32,000 nt of DNA from Okeania sp. (GCF_035285525.1 NZ_JAYKGW010000175.1:19305-51304); one strand, 5' to 3'; shown: positions 8,037 through 18,257, counted from the first letter of the stretch. The notes: a model not told the origin generated them from the sequence alone. Numbers and translations: made by a program.

Positions 8037-8738
8037 CTATTTAATCCTCCTCTCACCAAATAAAGTTCTACCCAGTCTTATCATAGTAGCACCAGCAGAT
8101 ATGGCTAAATTATAATCTCCTGACATTCCCATTGACAGTTCTTGCATTTTTATATTAGACAATTTTTTTTGGTTAATTTCCTGGGCTAATTTCTGGGTTG
8201 TCTCAAATACAGATAGAGTCTGTAAATCTTCTAATCCTTGGGGTGGAATCGCCATTAAACCTTGAATATTCAAGTTTTGAAATTGATTTAACTCTGTTAA
8301 GTCACTCATTAAATCTGGTATAGTCCACCCACTTTTGTTATCATCGGGCAAAATTTTAACTTGTAGGCAGATATTAGGACTACAAGATAATTCTTCTGCT
8401 ATAGTGTTAAGACGTTTGGCCAGTTTTAAACTATCTACAGAATGAATCCATTGAAATTGCTTCAAAGCTTTTATGGCTTTGTTACTTTGCAAATGGCCAA
8501 TTAAATGCCAGGTAATATCTGGTAAATTTTGTAGTTGAGCTTGCTTTGTTTCTGCTTCTTGAACTCTATTTTCTCCAAAATCTCTTATTCCTGCTTGATA
8601 AGCAGCACGAATAGTATCAACTGATACTTGTTTAGTTACGGCGATTAACCGTACTGACTTAGGTAAGTTAGAGCGAATGTTAGTAATACGTTCAGCAATG
8701 GACTCAGCTATTGTCTCTTGACTCCTATTCTCACTCAT
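8037..8738 (-). CDS. pipY: YggS/COG0325 PLP-homeostasis protein (PipY)
   Basis: PLP-lysine context RLIAVTKQVS, then FGENRVQE, HLIGHLQSNK and LSMGMSGDY. It lies directly downstream of pipX. Confidence 0.9.
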   Translation of the reverse strand: MSENRSQETIAESIAERITNIRSNLPKSVRLIAVTKQVSVDTIRAAYQAGIRDFGENRVQEAETKQAQLQNLPDITWHLIGHLQSNKAIKALKQFQWIHSVDSLKLAKRLNTIAEELSCSPNICLQVKILPDDNKSGWTIPDLMSDLTELNQFQNLNIQGLMAIPPQGLEDLQTLSVFETTQKLAQEINQKKLSNIKMQELSMGMSGDYNLAISAGATMIRLGRTLFGERRIK

Positions 8739-9004
8739 AAAACTTTTTCAGTAAACTTTAAGTAAGGCTGGCTGATTAAATATCAAAGCACTATTCAATA
8801 GAAGAATTTTAGGTTCTGATTTCTAGGGAACCGTAAAAGTACCTTCTTTTTGTCTGATGGAGCGGCAAAATTGAGCCTAAACGGAGTAATTATGACAGAA
8901 AAATTAAGGGGAAATTATGAATGACCACTTATTTCTACAACTTCTCTAAATCCTAACTCTTAACTACTCCCTACTCCCTACTCCCTAACTCAGCCAAGCA
9001 GTTA

Positions 9005-9274
9005 TTATTGAAAAGTATTTTTGTGAACTATCTGTAGTTTTTGGTAATCAGTCACTTGACCATTACGACGTAGATGGCGAAGACGAACTTCTACCATTAA
9101 TCGTGCTTCAGAGCGACCCACTGGTTCAAATTTTATACCAGTTGTTTCATAAGTTACTAAAAAGAATAAGCGTTGAGCATAGAGGGTAGTAAATAATTCT
9201 TGCTTGTCTTCAACTAAGCACACCCTATATAACAAGCCAAAATTAGGATGGTTCATGTAAGTTTCGTTGGTCAT
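9005..9274 (-). CDS. pipX: PII-interacting protein PipX
   Basis: An 89-aa protein with NETYMNHPNFGLLYRVC and ELFTTLYAQRLFFLVT, strings I recognise as the PipX Tudor-like core. It is found only in cyanobacteria. Confidence 0.88.
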   Translation of the reverse strand: MTNETYMNHPNFGLLYRVCLVEDKQELFTTLYAQRLFFLVTYETTGIKFEPVGRSEARLMVEVRLRHLRRNGQVTDYQKLQIVHKNTFQ

Positions 9275-10104
9275 TTAGGCTTCAAATCAGCAGATAATCA
9301 TAAAATTTACATATTGTTTAGTGGCCTTTGTCAATTGACAGACCCTAGTATTTTAGATTTTAGACTTTCTGTTCAACCAGAAAATCTTATATTTTGTGAA
9401 ATACTTTAAGTAGTGGATGAATATATCCAGAAAAAAGAAAATTTATATATAAAGATTATATTTTCTCAAAATTGTGATTGTTTGACATTAATTTATTCAG
9501 TCTCAATCGGCAATTTTGATCTGAAAAATATCAATAACATTAATTGGAAACTTAAATTAAGTATTCCACAGCTCTTTTAACTAGAATTATACTTCACTAT
9601 GCAATAATATCAGATAATTACTTATCTTAGATTAAGAATATAGCAATCATATTTGATTTGTGTACAAAATTCAAAAGCTTTTAGGGAACAGGGAATGGGG
9701 AACAGGGAACAGGTGGGAGTTTGAGTTTTTTTATTTACTTTTTGATATTTTGCAACCAATTTAGGATTATTATTATAGATAAGAAATTATGCCTGAAAAA
9801 AAGTTGTAGGGGTTTGGTCTTCCAACCCAAATGAAAATGGGATTTGGAAACCAAACCCCTACAGTAGGGTTTACTGAAAAAGTCTAAGTACCATTAATAA
9901 AGCTTTTATAGCACATCAGAAACAATAACTTATAGTTGATAGCTAACGGCTAAATGGTTACCTGTCAATGCTTTGATATTTAATTAGCCAACTCTAATTA
10001 TTAATAATTAACAATTAACAATTAATTATTAATTATTGAAATTGAAGCATATATTATTTGTAAGCATTTACTGCGTAATGCTGCGCCAGCAGCGGTCAGC
10101 TATT

Positions 10105-10228
10105 AGCCATCAGCTAAAAGAGGAATTAGTCTTCAAAGAAAATTAAAAGTCCGACACGAAAAATATGATCAGCTAAATTTGTAAGTTATTACTTTCATGT
10201 ATTTTTTCGCGCAGGATAATCCAGGAAA
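10105..10228. repeat. ~125-bp dispersed element, copy 1 (partner at 27903-28030)
   Basis: agccatca.ctaaaagaggaattagtctt..aaagaaaattaaaagtccgacac..aaa.at..tcagctaaattt.gtaagttattactttcatgt is shared by both copies. It lies 47 bp beyond the stop of the minus-strand gene ending at 10275. Confidence 0.8.
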
Positions 10229-10274
10229 AGCTGATATCTGAATGCTAATAGCTGAATGTTTATTATTATTTATT

Positions 10275-11279
10275 TTAACTTTGTCCTCCCCAGACTAACC
10301 TAATCCACCAGAATAAGCCTAAACTAATTAATACTATCCAGTCAAATACTTTTAATTTTAAATCATGCCATTCTACTCTATGTTGGTCAGCAGTTGTAAA
10401 ACCTCTGACTTTCATGGCACTAGCTATTTGATATGCTCGTAAAAGTAAATTTTCTAATAATCTTTCTACTACTATTAACCATACTTGAGAAGTTTGTTTA
10501 AATCCTAGTTTTTTCCAGTTAATTGCTCTAGTTCTAACGGAACGAATTAAATTTTGAATTTCTTCTAAAACTAGAGGTATAAATCTTAAGGATAGAGTTA
10601 GAGTTAAACTTATTTCGGTCACGGGTAATTTTAATTTATTTAGAGGTTTCATTAAGTCTTCGATACCTGCTGTAATTTCTTCTGAAGCTGTGGTTAAAAG
10701 ATATAGGTTAGTACTATAAATTACTGTAAATAATAGGGTGGCAATCCGAACTCCTAAATCTAAAGAATGACGGGTTATAGTAATAGGATTTTGTTGAAAA
10801 ATGATGTAACTATAGGAAGTTGGTTGAGGTAGTTCAGTTAATTTTGGTGTTTGAGAAATAGCTTCTTCAGGAGTTTCTTTTCCTAGCAAACCAAAGAAGT
10901 TTTTCCAAGTTTTTGATTCTGGTTTTGGTGGTAAATTAGCAGTTTCTTGAGCAAAAGCTAATTCATCTTTTGGTAAACGAGGTTGATAATTAATTGCTAA
11001 TCCATCAGGAGCGATCGCTGTACTCATTAAAAAGATTAAAGTACAGAACATTAGTAGCCAACCCATTTGTTTTTTCCAAACTCGTAAAGGTATTGAGGCA
11101 GTAAATGTCAATATAATTAGAATAGCTACTAATATTAATCGCCAAATTGAACTTGCTAATACTGGACTAACCAGAAAACTCATTAACCAAATTAGTTTAA
11201 CTCTAGGGTCGAGTTTATGTAACCACGTTATGGGTTTTTCTAAATATAATCCCAGGGGAAGTGAGCGTAATAAATCCAT
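10275..11279 (-). CDS. ECF transporter transmembrane (T) component, EcfT/CbiQ family
   Basis: Polytopic membrane protein with coupling-helix motifs RSVRTRAINW and ASAMKVRGF (the Ala-Arg-Gly type signature of EcfT). It carries a ~60-aa hydrophilic insertion (KDELAFAQETANLPPKPESK...TELPQPTS). No ecfA or S component is adjacent. Confidence 0.7.
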   Translation of the reverse strand: MDLLRSLPLGLYLEKPITWLHKLDPRVKLIWLMSFLVSPVLASSIWRLILVAILIILTFTASIPLRVWKKQMGWLLMFCTLIFLMSTAIAPDGLAINYQPRLPKDELAFAQETANLPPKPESKTWKNFFGLLGKETPEEAISQTPKLTELPQPTSYSYIIFQQNPITITRHSLDLGVRIATLLFTVIYSTNLYLLTTASEEITAGIEDLMKPLNKLKLPVTEISLTLTLSLRFIPLVLEEIQNLIRSVRTRAINWKKLGFKQTSQVWLIVVERLLENLLLRAYQIASAMKVRGFTTADQHRVEWHDLKLKVFDWIVLISLGLFWWIRLVWGGQS

Positions 11280-11307
11280 ATTAAATAATACAAGGAAGAA
11301 GTAATTT

Positions 11308-11349
11308 CAGTTATCAGTTATCAGTTATCAGTTATCAGTTATCAGTTAG
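11308..11349. repeat. Heptamer array CAGTTAT x5 plus one variant
   Basis: Read directly. It lies 29 nt upstream of the EcfT start codon. The same unit or its complement (CTGATAA) occurs at 17043-17063, 24367-24380 and 31764-31782. Confidence 0.95.
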
Positions 11350-11613
11350 CTTCCTATAGTCGGAACTACATTAACAGTAAGAAGGAGGCAGGAGGAAGTA
11401 AGAAGGAGGCAGGAATATTTTATATTAAAATTCATAGGGTTTTTCAAACTTGTGAGGTAGATAAAAAAAGTGAAATTCTTACCTGTTTCTTGTTCCCTAA
11501 AAGTACCAGGATTTCTATACACAAATCAAATAGGATTGCTATAGTATTTAGAAATAGAAAATTCAAGTATAGCAAAGTTTTTGAGAATTGGTATTATACA
11601 ACTTGAAATAAGA

Positions 11614-12406
11614 ATGATATACAAGGAAGTTAAAATCCAAAAGCCATAGGATAAAATTGCTAATATTTATGATGTACGCTGGCGTAATTATATCATTAAT
11701 ACTCTGACTTTTCTCTACAATTGAGAGAAAATTATGCCCCAAGCAATAATTTTAGATGTTGCTTGGGGAACCGGATCATTTGAAAGATTATTGCTAGAAA
11801 AAAATCCCATACAGAAAATTTTAGTAATTGATATATCGGAAAAAATGTTAGACTTTGCTAGACCAAAATATAGTGCTTTTTCTAATGTCAAATTTCAACA
11901 AGCTTCAGTTCGTTAACTACCATTGAGCAGCGATTATTTTGATGCATTTGTATGTGTTAATTCTTTTCATTTTTTTGACAAACATCTATTAGCATTACCA
12001 GAAATTAAACGGGTATTTAGCAATTAATAATTAACAATTAATAATTAATAATTGCTCCTTCTTCAAAGAAGGGGATTGACTAATCATGAAAATTTTTGAT
12101 TTATTCCCTTAAAAGGGGAGGCTTCCAGGGGTGAATTGTTGAATGAATAATTATTGACTATCAACTATTAATTATTAATTATTTGGTAAAACCTAATGGC
12201 AAAGTAATAATTCTTGACTGGAACCAAGATTATTTTTTTGTAAAATTTTCGACTGGTTCTTACAAATTTTCAATTCTGCTCATCAACAATTAGATCGGTT
12301 CTTAGTATCTGCTCATTTTAAAATACATAATACAACTAAATTTTGTCTAGGAGTTCTTTGGGGAATGATCGTTGTTACAGCTATACCCATAAAATTCCAG
12401 GGTTAA
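11614..12406 (+). pseudogene. Class I SAM-dependent methyltransferase pseudogene
   Basis: One frame reads MIYKEVKIQKP*DKIANIYDVRWRNYIINTLTFLYN*EKIMPQAIILDVAWGTGSF...QQASVR*LPLSSDYFDAFVCVNSFHFFDKHLLALPEIKRVFS. A ~165-bp insertion follows, then VKPNGKVIILDW, a frameshift in a T7 run (~12232-12240), and KIFDWFLQIFNSAHQQ...GVLWGMIVVTAIPIKFQG*. In-frame stops are at 11647, 11722 and 11914. Motif I reads LDVAWGTG where LDVACGTG is expected. Confidence 0.8.
12022..12185. mobile_element. Small non-autonomous insertion (MITE-like) splitting the methyltransferase pseudogene
   Basis: It interrupts the conserved RV(L)KPNG junction. The ends are inverted AT-heptamer runs (aattaataattaataattg on the left, caactattaattattaattatt on the right). 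The core holds the hairpins ccttcttcaaagaagg and cccttaaaagggg. Confidence 0.65.
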
Positions 12407-12577
12407 GTAATTTGAAAATTATTTACCTTTATCAATGACGTTGTTAATAACTGGCAGAGTATGACCAAGTTTTAATCCTATTAAAGTCCAATCTTTTAAG
12501 GTAGAGCTTATTAGAAATGTGATTCCTATATTACACATTAAGCAATTTGTCAATCAAAAAATATAAAAATTATTAAC

Positions 12578-12698
12578 AGGACTTATGCAAAGGTACTATA
12601 TATAGCGTATCGGTGCGTTACGAGATACGCTTTACATGTCGCGTAGCGTTTCGGCGCTTGAGCCGACATATAAAGCGCACAACGCACAACGCACCAAG
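12578..12698. repeat. Partial relative of the 5536-5868 element
   Basis: aggacttatgcaaaggtactatatatag is the reverse complement of ctatatatagtgcctttgcgtaagtcct (5841-5868). gcgcacaacgcacaacgcacca (12675-12696) matches 5817-5838. Confidence 0.7.
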
Positions 12699-13015
12699 AC
12701 ACTTTTTTAGGAAAATATTCAACAAAAATACTTACTTAATTGTTAAATTACTATGAGTTTATCCTAAATTATGACTCTTGAATTATGACTCCTGATCCTG
12801 GCTTTCGCACTACTTTTTGTGGTGTTGAATTGATATCTTGTAGTACAAAAGTTGTGATCGCTACTTTCATGCAACAAAGCCGTTATGAGGTAAAGAGATC
12901 GCGGGCAAGATGCCCGCACTACTAGACTGACACATCTAAAACAGTACATCACAACAGATTCCCAATCGAGAAAATCCGTGTATCCGTGCCCAAATCCGTG
13001 TCGAGCTGCTCCCTC

Positions 13016-16000
13016 TTAATAATAATTCTGGATCGCCTTCACCTCCAACGCTCCCGACTTCAACGCTCTAATCGCGGCTGCCGTTGCTTTTGCGCCCGCA
13101 ATAGTGGTAATCAAAGGTATCTTATAATCCAACGCACTGCGCCGAATCTTAATCCCATCTGCACGCCCCTCTTCCCCAGAAGGAGTCATAATAATTAACT
13201 GAATGATGCCATTTTTAATACCATCCAAAACATTAGGTCGCCCTTCATGCAGTTTCAACGTCAAACCCACATCTAAATCATAAGAACGCAATACCTTCCG
13301 AGTTCCGACCGTCGCCACCACTTTCAAACCCAAATCAATTAAATCTTTAACTATAGGTACAACTGCTTCCTTATGGCGATCGCTCATCGACACAAACACT
13401 GTTCCCTGCAAAGGTAGCTTTTGTCCTGCGGATAACTGCGCTTTAGCAAAAGCTTTACCGAAGTCAACATCAATCCCCATCGCTTCTCCAGTGGAACGCA
13501 TTTCCGGTCCTAACAAAGTATCCGTACCAGGAAACTTGGTAAATGGTAATACTGCTTCTTTCACAGAAACGTATTCAGGTATTTGTTCCTCCACAAAACC
13601 CAACTCCTCCAGTGTTTTCCCAGACATCACCAGCGACGCCATTTTTGCCAAAGGTATTCCGATTGCTTTAGAGACAAAAGGTACTGTCCGGGATGCGCGA
13701 GGGTTTGCTTCCAAAATATATACCGTTTCCCCTTGCACCGCAAACTGAATATTCATCAACCCAATCACATTCAACGTTTTTGCCAGAGCAACAGTCCATT
13801 CCCGGATTGTTTCCACCGCAGCAGGAGCTAAACTTTGAAAAGGAATCGAACACGCAGAATCACCAGAGTGAATACCCGCTTCTTCAATATGTTCCATGAT
13901 GCCACCGATAACAACTTTACCTGTAGCATCAGCAATAGCATCCACATCTACCTCAATAGCATTTACCAAAAATTGGTCAATTAAAATAGGATGTTCTGGT
14001 TCCACCTGTACCGCAAACTTCATATAACGTTCCAACTCTTGGTCAGAATAAACAATTTCCATTGCTCTACCTCCCAAAACATAGGAAGGTCGGACCACCA
14101 CCGGATAACCAATTTTCTGGGCAACTGCCAACGCTTCCTCAAAACTACGAGCAAGACCGTTTGCTGCTTGACGGATATCTAAATCTCGTAAAATCTTTTC
14201 AAACCGTTCCCGGTCTTCGGCAGCATCAATAGAATCTGGAGAAGTACCCCAAATTTTGGTTTCAGTTTCTGCTTCCTCCAAATATTTTTGCAGGGGAACC
14301 GCTAACTTCAAAGGTGTTTGCCCACCAAACTGAACAATAATCCCTACCGGTTTTTCTGCCTCAATAATATTCAACACATCCTCCTTAGTCAGAGGTTCAA
14401 AATAGAGGCGATCGCTCGTATCATAATCAGTCGATACAGTTTCGGGATTAGAATTAACCATTATGGTTTCAAACCCATCCGCTCCCAAAGCATAACTAGC
14501 GTGACAGCAACAATAATCAAATTCTATTCCCTGACCAATACGGTTAGGTCCTCCTCCCAAAATCATTACCTTTCGTTTTTCCGACGGCAAAACCTCTGAC
14601 TCTTCCTCATAAGTAGAATAATAATAAGGTGTTAGCGCCTCAAACTCTGCCGCACAAGTATCCACCGTCTTATAAACAGGTTTAACTCCCAAACTCAACC
14701 GATAACTTCTGACTATATCCTCAGTGCTTTTCATACAATAAGCAATTTGGCGATCGCTAAAACCCAGTCGTTTAATATCCCACATCTGCTCTTTTGTCAA
14801 CTTATTCAAAGGAGTACGTTTAATCAATTTTTCTGTCTCCACCAACTCCTGCATTTTATCCAGAAACCAAATATCTATTCCCGTAAACTCATAAATTTCT
14901 TCTACAGTCATTCCCATCAACAAAGCATGACGCACTGTAAATATCCGCTCTGGGTTTGGCGTCCTTAACCCCGATCTTACCTGTTCCAAACTAGGTAACT
15001 TTTCCCAGCGATCGCCACCAAAACCAGCTCTACCCGTTTCCAAAGATCGCAAAGCTTTTTGAAACGACTCCTGAAAAGTTCTACCTATTGCCATCGCCTC
15101 CCCAACCGACTTCATCTGAGTAGTCAGCACTGCTTGGGAACCAGGAAATTTCTCAAAAGCAAACCGAGGAACTTTCGTCACCACATAATCAATAGTAGGT
15201 TCAAAACTCGCAGGCGTCTTTTTCGTAATATCATTGGGAATCTCATCCAAAGTGTAACCAACCGCCAACTTTGCCGCCATTTTGGCAATGGGGAAACCAG
15301 TTGCTTTTGACGCCAAAGCAGAAGAGCGACTCACCCGTGGGTTCATTTCAATCACAATCACATCCCCAGTTACCGGGTTCACCGCAAACTGAATATTTGA
15401 CCCCCCAGTTTCCACACCTATTTCCCGAATAATTTTAATCGAAGCATCCCGCAATCGTTGATATTCCTTATCCGTCAAAGTTTGCGCCGGAGCAACAGTA
15501 ATGGAATCTCCCGTATGTACCCCCATTGGATCTATATTTTCAATCGAGCAAATAATCACCACATTATCTGCCAAATCTCGCATTACTTCCAGTTCGTATT
15601 CCTTCCAACCAATCAGAGATTTTTCCACTAAAATTTGCGACACCGGACTCGCATCGATCCCCCCTTGTGCCATCATTTCATATTCTTCTTGATTATAGGC
15701 AATACCACCGCCTGTCCCTCCCAAAGTAAAAGCAGGACGAATAATTAGAGGAAATGTTCCTATTTCTTGAGCGATCGCCTTAGCCTCTTCCAAATTACTA
15801 GCAATACCCGATGGACAAACCTGGACACCTATTCGGCCCATTGCTTCCTTAAACAATTGACGGTCTTCGGCCATTTCAATCGCTGGTAATTTTGCCCCAA
15901 TTAAGTCCACACCATATTTGGCCAAAGTACCATTTTTAGCCAGAGAAACTGCTAAATTTAAAGCAGTTTGACCGCCCATGGTTGGTAATAGGGCATCTGG

Positions 16001-16246
16001 TCTTTCTTTGGCTATAACTTTTTCTAAAAGTTCTGGAGTTAGAGGTTCAATGTAGGTGCGTTCGGCAATTTCTGGGTCTGTCATAATTGTGGCCGGATTG
16101 GAATTTACTAGCACTACCTCAAATCCTTCTTCCCGAAGAGCCTTACAAGCTTGAGTTCCACTATAATCAAATTCGCAGGCTTGACCAATTACAATTGGAC
16201 CAGAACCAACCAGTAGGATTTTACGTATATCTTGGCGTCGTGGCAT
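13016..16246 (-). CDS. carB: Carbamoyl-phosphate synthase large subunit
   Basis: 1076 aa with duplicated ATP-grasp halves ([21 protein letters not shown] and [21 protein letters not shown]) and an MGS-like C-terminus. All plus-strand ORFs inside it are shadows. Confidence 0.97.
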   Translation of the reverse strand: MPRRQDIRKILLVGSGPIVIGQACEFDYSGTQACKALREEGFEVVLVNSNPATIMTDPEIAERTYIEPLTPELLEKVIAKERPDALLPTMGGQTALNLAVSLAKNGTLAKYGVDLIGAKLPAIEMAEDRQLFKEAMGRIGVQVCPSGIASNLEEAKAIAQEIGTFPLIIRPAFTLGGTGGGIAYNQEEYEMMAQGGIDASPVSQILVEKSLIGWKEYELEVMRDLADNVVIICSIENIDPMGVHTGDSITVAPAQTLTDKEYQRLRDASIKIIREIGVETGGSNIQFAVNPVTGDVIVIEMNPRVSRSSALASKATGFPIAKMAAKLAVGYTLDEIPNDITKKTPASFEPTIDYVVTKVPRFAFEKFPGSQAVLTTQMKSVGEAMAIGRTFQESFQKALRSLETGRAGFGGDRWEKLPSLEQVRSGLRTPNPERIFTVRHALLMGMTVEEIYEFTGIDIWFLDKMQELVETEKLIKRTPLNKLTKEQMWDIKRLGFSDRQIAYCMKSTEDIVRSYRLSLGVKPVYKTVDTCAAEFEALTPYYYSTYEEESEVLPSEKRKVMILGGGPNRIGQGIEFDYCCCHASYALGADGFETIMVNSNPETVSTDYDTSDRLYFEPLTKEDVLNIIEAEKPVGIIVQFGGQTPLKLAVPLQKYLEEAETETKIWGTSPDSIDAAEDRERFEKILRDLDIRQAANGLARSFEEALAVAQKIGYPVVVRPSYVLGGRAMEIVYSDQELERYMKFAVQVEPEHPILIDQFLVNAIEVDVDAIADATGKVVIGGIMEHIEEAGIHSGDSACSIPFQSLAPAAVETIREWTVALAKTLNVIGLMNIQFAVQGETVYILEANPRASRTVPFVSKAIGIPLAKMASLVMSGKTLEELGFVEEQIPEYVSVKEAVLPFTKFPGTDTLLGPEMRSTGEAMGIDVDFGKAFAKAQLSAGQKLPLQGTVFVSMSDRHKEAVVPIVKDLIDLGLKVVATVGTRKVLRSYDLDVGLTLKLHEGRPNVLDGIKNGIIQLIIMTPSGEEGRADGIKIRRSALDYKIPLITTIAGAKATAAAIRALKSGALEVKAIQNYY

Positions 16247-17073
16247 AGGTTTCTATCTAGATATTGTTTGAAAATTAAGAGTTGATCCAGAGTATTTTAA
16301 TGGTTAGCGTAGTAATTGTGTTACTATACATAGACCAACTTTATATTTGGAAATTTATTAAAGATAAGTTTTAAATACTTTTACATAAATAACCATTCAG
16401 AATTCAGCAGTCAGGTATCAGCCACTAATTCATTGCTTTTTGAGCAGTGATTAGTATTGATAAATTTAAGGATAATTAAAAGTTTTGGAAAAAACTGACC
16501 TTGATGAAGGAGAGTATATATTCATTCTTTAGGAAATAGCTAAAAGCTGATTTCTCATAGCTGGATGCTGACTTTAATACTAATCAGAAAAATTAATAGT
16601 AAATGATTAATTTTTAATTACTTAACCTTTCTATATTATGGTTAATTAATCTGACTTGATATATAAATTTCCACAATTCTGAAGTAGATTTATAATCCCC
16701 CTAAGAAAGACGGAAATTTGAAGAGTCTACTACTTCCAAAGAAGAGAGGTGGGAAGATATAGAACTGTACCTCATACATTAAAGAGCTGCTATAAAAGTC
16801 AGAATTAATAATTTTAACTTTTGAGCAAAAAATACAGTGTATTTCGGATCAATGAGGTATAAGTTTTAATCGTAAAACTATTGTAGTGTCGGCATCTTTA
16901 CCACGATAAATGTACCTCATAATAACAAGAAGTGCTGTAAGGTTTCGGACTTCCCCTTTTAATAGGATCAAAGTAACAAATTTCAGTATTTACAGCTTTT
17001 TACTTCAGTAAAAGTTACTGAAAAAGCTGATAACTGAAAAAGCTGATAACTGATAACTGATAACTAAAAAGAT

Positions 17074-17325
17074 ATGCCCAGAAATCCTGATGAATTTGCT
17101 ATACACCTATTTTTAGAAGGTGGTGCTCGTGAAGAAGTACGTTTCTTGACTCTGAAAGATTTTCAAACCTGGTACAGTGGTGTTATAGTTCCCAAACATG
17201 ACTCTCGAGAATTTGTCAATGTACCTATTAAGACTATTCAAGGAGAATATATGGTGGTTCGCCCTTCTGCTATAATTGCCATTCGGGTAGAACCTATATT
17301 TAACTCCAGTGTGGATAGATTTTAA
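17074..17325 (+). CDS. Conserved-looking hypothetical protein (83 aa)
   Basis: Its stop TAA directly abuts the ATG of the next gene (ttTAAATGaac). The amino-acid composition is non-repetitive and balanced, and the gene is preceded by a CTGATAA heptamer array. I recognise no family. Confidence 0.6.
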   Translation: MPRNPDEFAIHLFLEGGAREEVRFLTLKDFQTWYSGVIVPKHDSREFVNVPIKTIQGEYMVVRPSAIIAIRVEPIFNSSVDRF

Positions 17326-18231
17326 ATGAACTCTTTAGTTATAGGCATTGATATAGGCGGAACATCTATTAAATTCGGGTGTTTTAGTCAAGATGGAGTA
17401 TGTCATAAATCTTTGACTGTGCCAACTCCTCAACCTGCTACACCCAAAGCAGTTATTGATGTAATAGAGGAAACAATATCTGTTCTTAGAAAAGAACCAC
17501 AATTAGAAAATTTGGGACTTATCCAAGGAATAGGTATTGGAGTCCCTGGTCCTGTCGATCCTAAGGGTAAAACTTCTATAATAGCAATTAATTTAACAGA
17601 TTGGCAAGATGTTCATTTAGCAGAATCTTTAGAAAAAAAGACTGGTTTACCAGTAATTCTAGCTAATGATGCTAACTGTGCTGGTGTAGGAGAAGCTTGG
17701 TTAGGAGCTGGTAGTCAGTTTAAAAATATGATAATGTTGACTTTAGGGACTGGTGTCGGCGGAGCTATTATTTTAGATGGTCAATTATTTGTCGGTCATA
17801 CTGGTACCGCTGGAGAGTTGGGGTTAATAACTTTAAACCCTGATGGACCTAAATGTAATAGTGGAAATAATGGTTCTTTAGAACAATATGTTTCGGTTCA
17901 AGCAGTTCGTCGAGATACAGGAAAAGAACCTTTAGAATTAGCTAATTTGGCTTTAGCTGGAGATAAGTTCGCTTTAGAATATTGGCAAAATTATGGAAAA
18001 CTTTTAGGAGCAGGACTAGCAAGTTTAATTTATATTTTAACTCCAGAAGCAATAATTATTGGTGGGGGGATAAGTGCTGGTTCAGAACTTTTTTTACCTA
18101 CAACTAAAGCAGAAATAGAACGACGAGTTATTTTTAGTTCTCAGTGGGGTTTACAGTTATTAACTACTAAATTAGGTAATCAAGCTGGTATTGTGGGAGC
18201 TGCTAAATTAGCTTTAATGAATAATGAATAA
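17326..18231 (+). CDS. ROK-family sugar kinase (glucokinase-like)
   Basis: N-terminal ATP motif IGIDIGGTSIKFG, then LANDANCAGVGEAWLGAG, TLGTGVGGAII and GELG. It lacks an N-terminal HTH, so it is a kinase rather than a repressor. Confidence 0.88.
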   Translation: MNSLVIGIDIGGTSIKFGCFSQDGVCHKSLTVPTPQPATPKAVIDVIEETISVLRKEPQLENLGLIQGIGIGVPGPVDPKGKTSIIAINLTDWQDVHLAESLEKKTGLPVILANDANCAGVGEAWLGAGSQFKNMIMLTLGTGVGGAIILDGQLFVGHTGTAGELGLITLNPDGPKCNSGNNGSLEQYVSVQAVRRDTGKEPLELANLALAGDKFALEYWQNYGKLLGAGLASLIYILTPEAIIIGGGISAGSELFLPTTKAEIERRVIFSSQWGLQLLTTKLGNQAGIVGAAKLALMNNE

Positions 18232-18257
18232 TGAATAATGAATAATGAATAATGGAT
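18216..18257. repeat. Heptamer array AATGAAT x5 plus AATGGAT
   Basis: Read directly. The last four codons and the stop of the ROK kinase (atg aat aat gaa taa) lie inside the array. Confidence 0.95.

Noticed and set aside
11734-11916. 60-aa ORF as an independent methyltransferase gene
   Set aside because: It is only the motif I-II fragment of the larger pseudogene at 11614-12406, with homologous sequence continuing in frame on both sides of its stops.
12764-13198. ORFs 12764..12952 (-) and 12986..13198 (+)
   Set aside because: The first spans the gcgggcaagatgcccgc hairpin repeat and AT-rich spacer. The second is antisense to the carB 3' end and the AATCCGTG repeat cluster (12972-13005).
13491-15692. 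Nine plus-strand ORFs of 60-93 aa (13491..13748, 13583..13831, 13693..13899, 13991..14182, 14318..14599, 14747..14968, 15059..15310, 15501..15692) and the minus-strand ORF 13668..13853
   Set aside because: All lie inside carB, antisense or out of frame. Their composition is low-complexity (S/P/R/F-rich), which is typical of shadow ORFs opposite a long, well-supported gene.
16310-16325. An NtcA-type site (GTA-N8-TAC) upstream of carB
   Set aside because: The candidate gtagtaattgtgttac has spacings of 10 or 7 nt rather than 8, so it does not fit the consensus.
16247-17073. A hidden gene or sRNA in the 0.8-kb carB upstream spacer
   Set aside because: There is no ORF above about 30 codons. The region is explained by AT-rich palindromes and members of the CTGTACCTCAT / ATGAGGTA MITE family (16768-16800, 16853-16925). 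An sRNA cannot be excluded without expression data, but nothing in the sequence specifically supports one.
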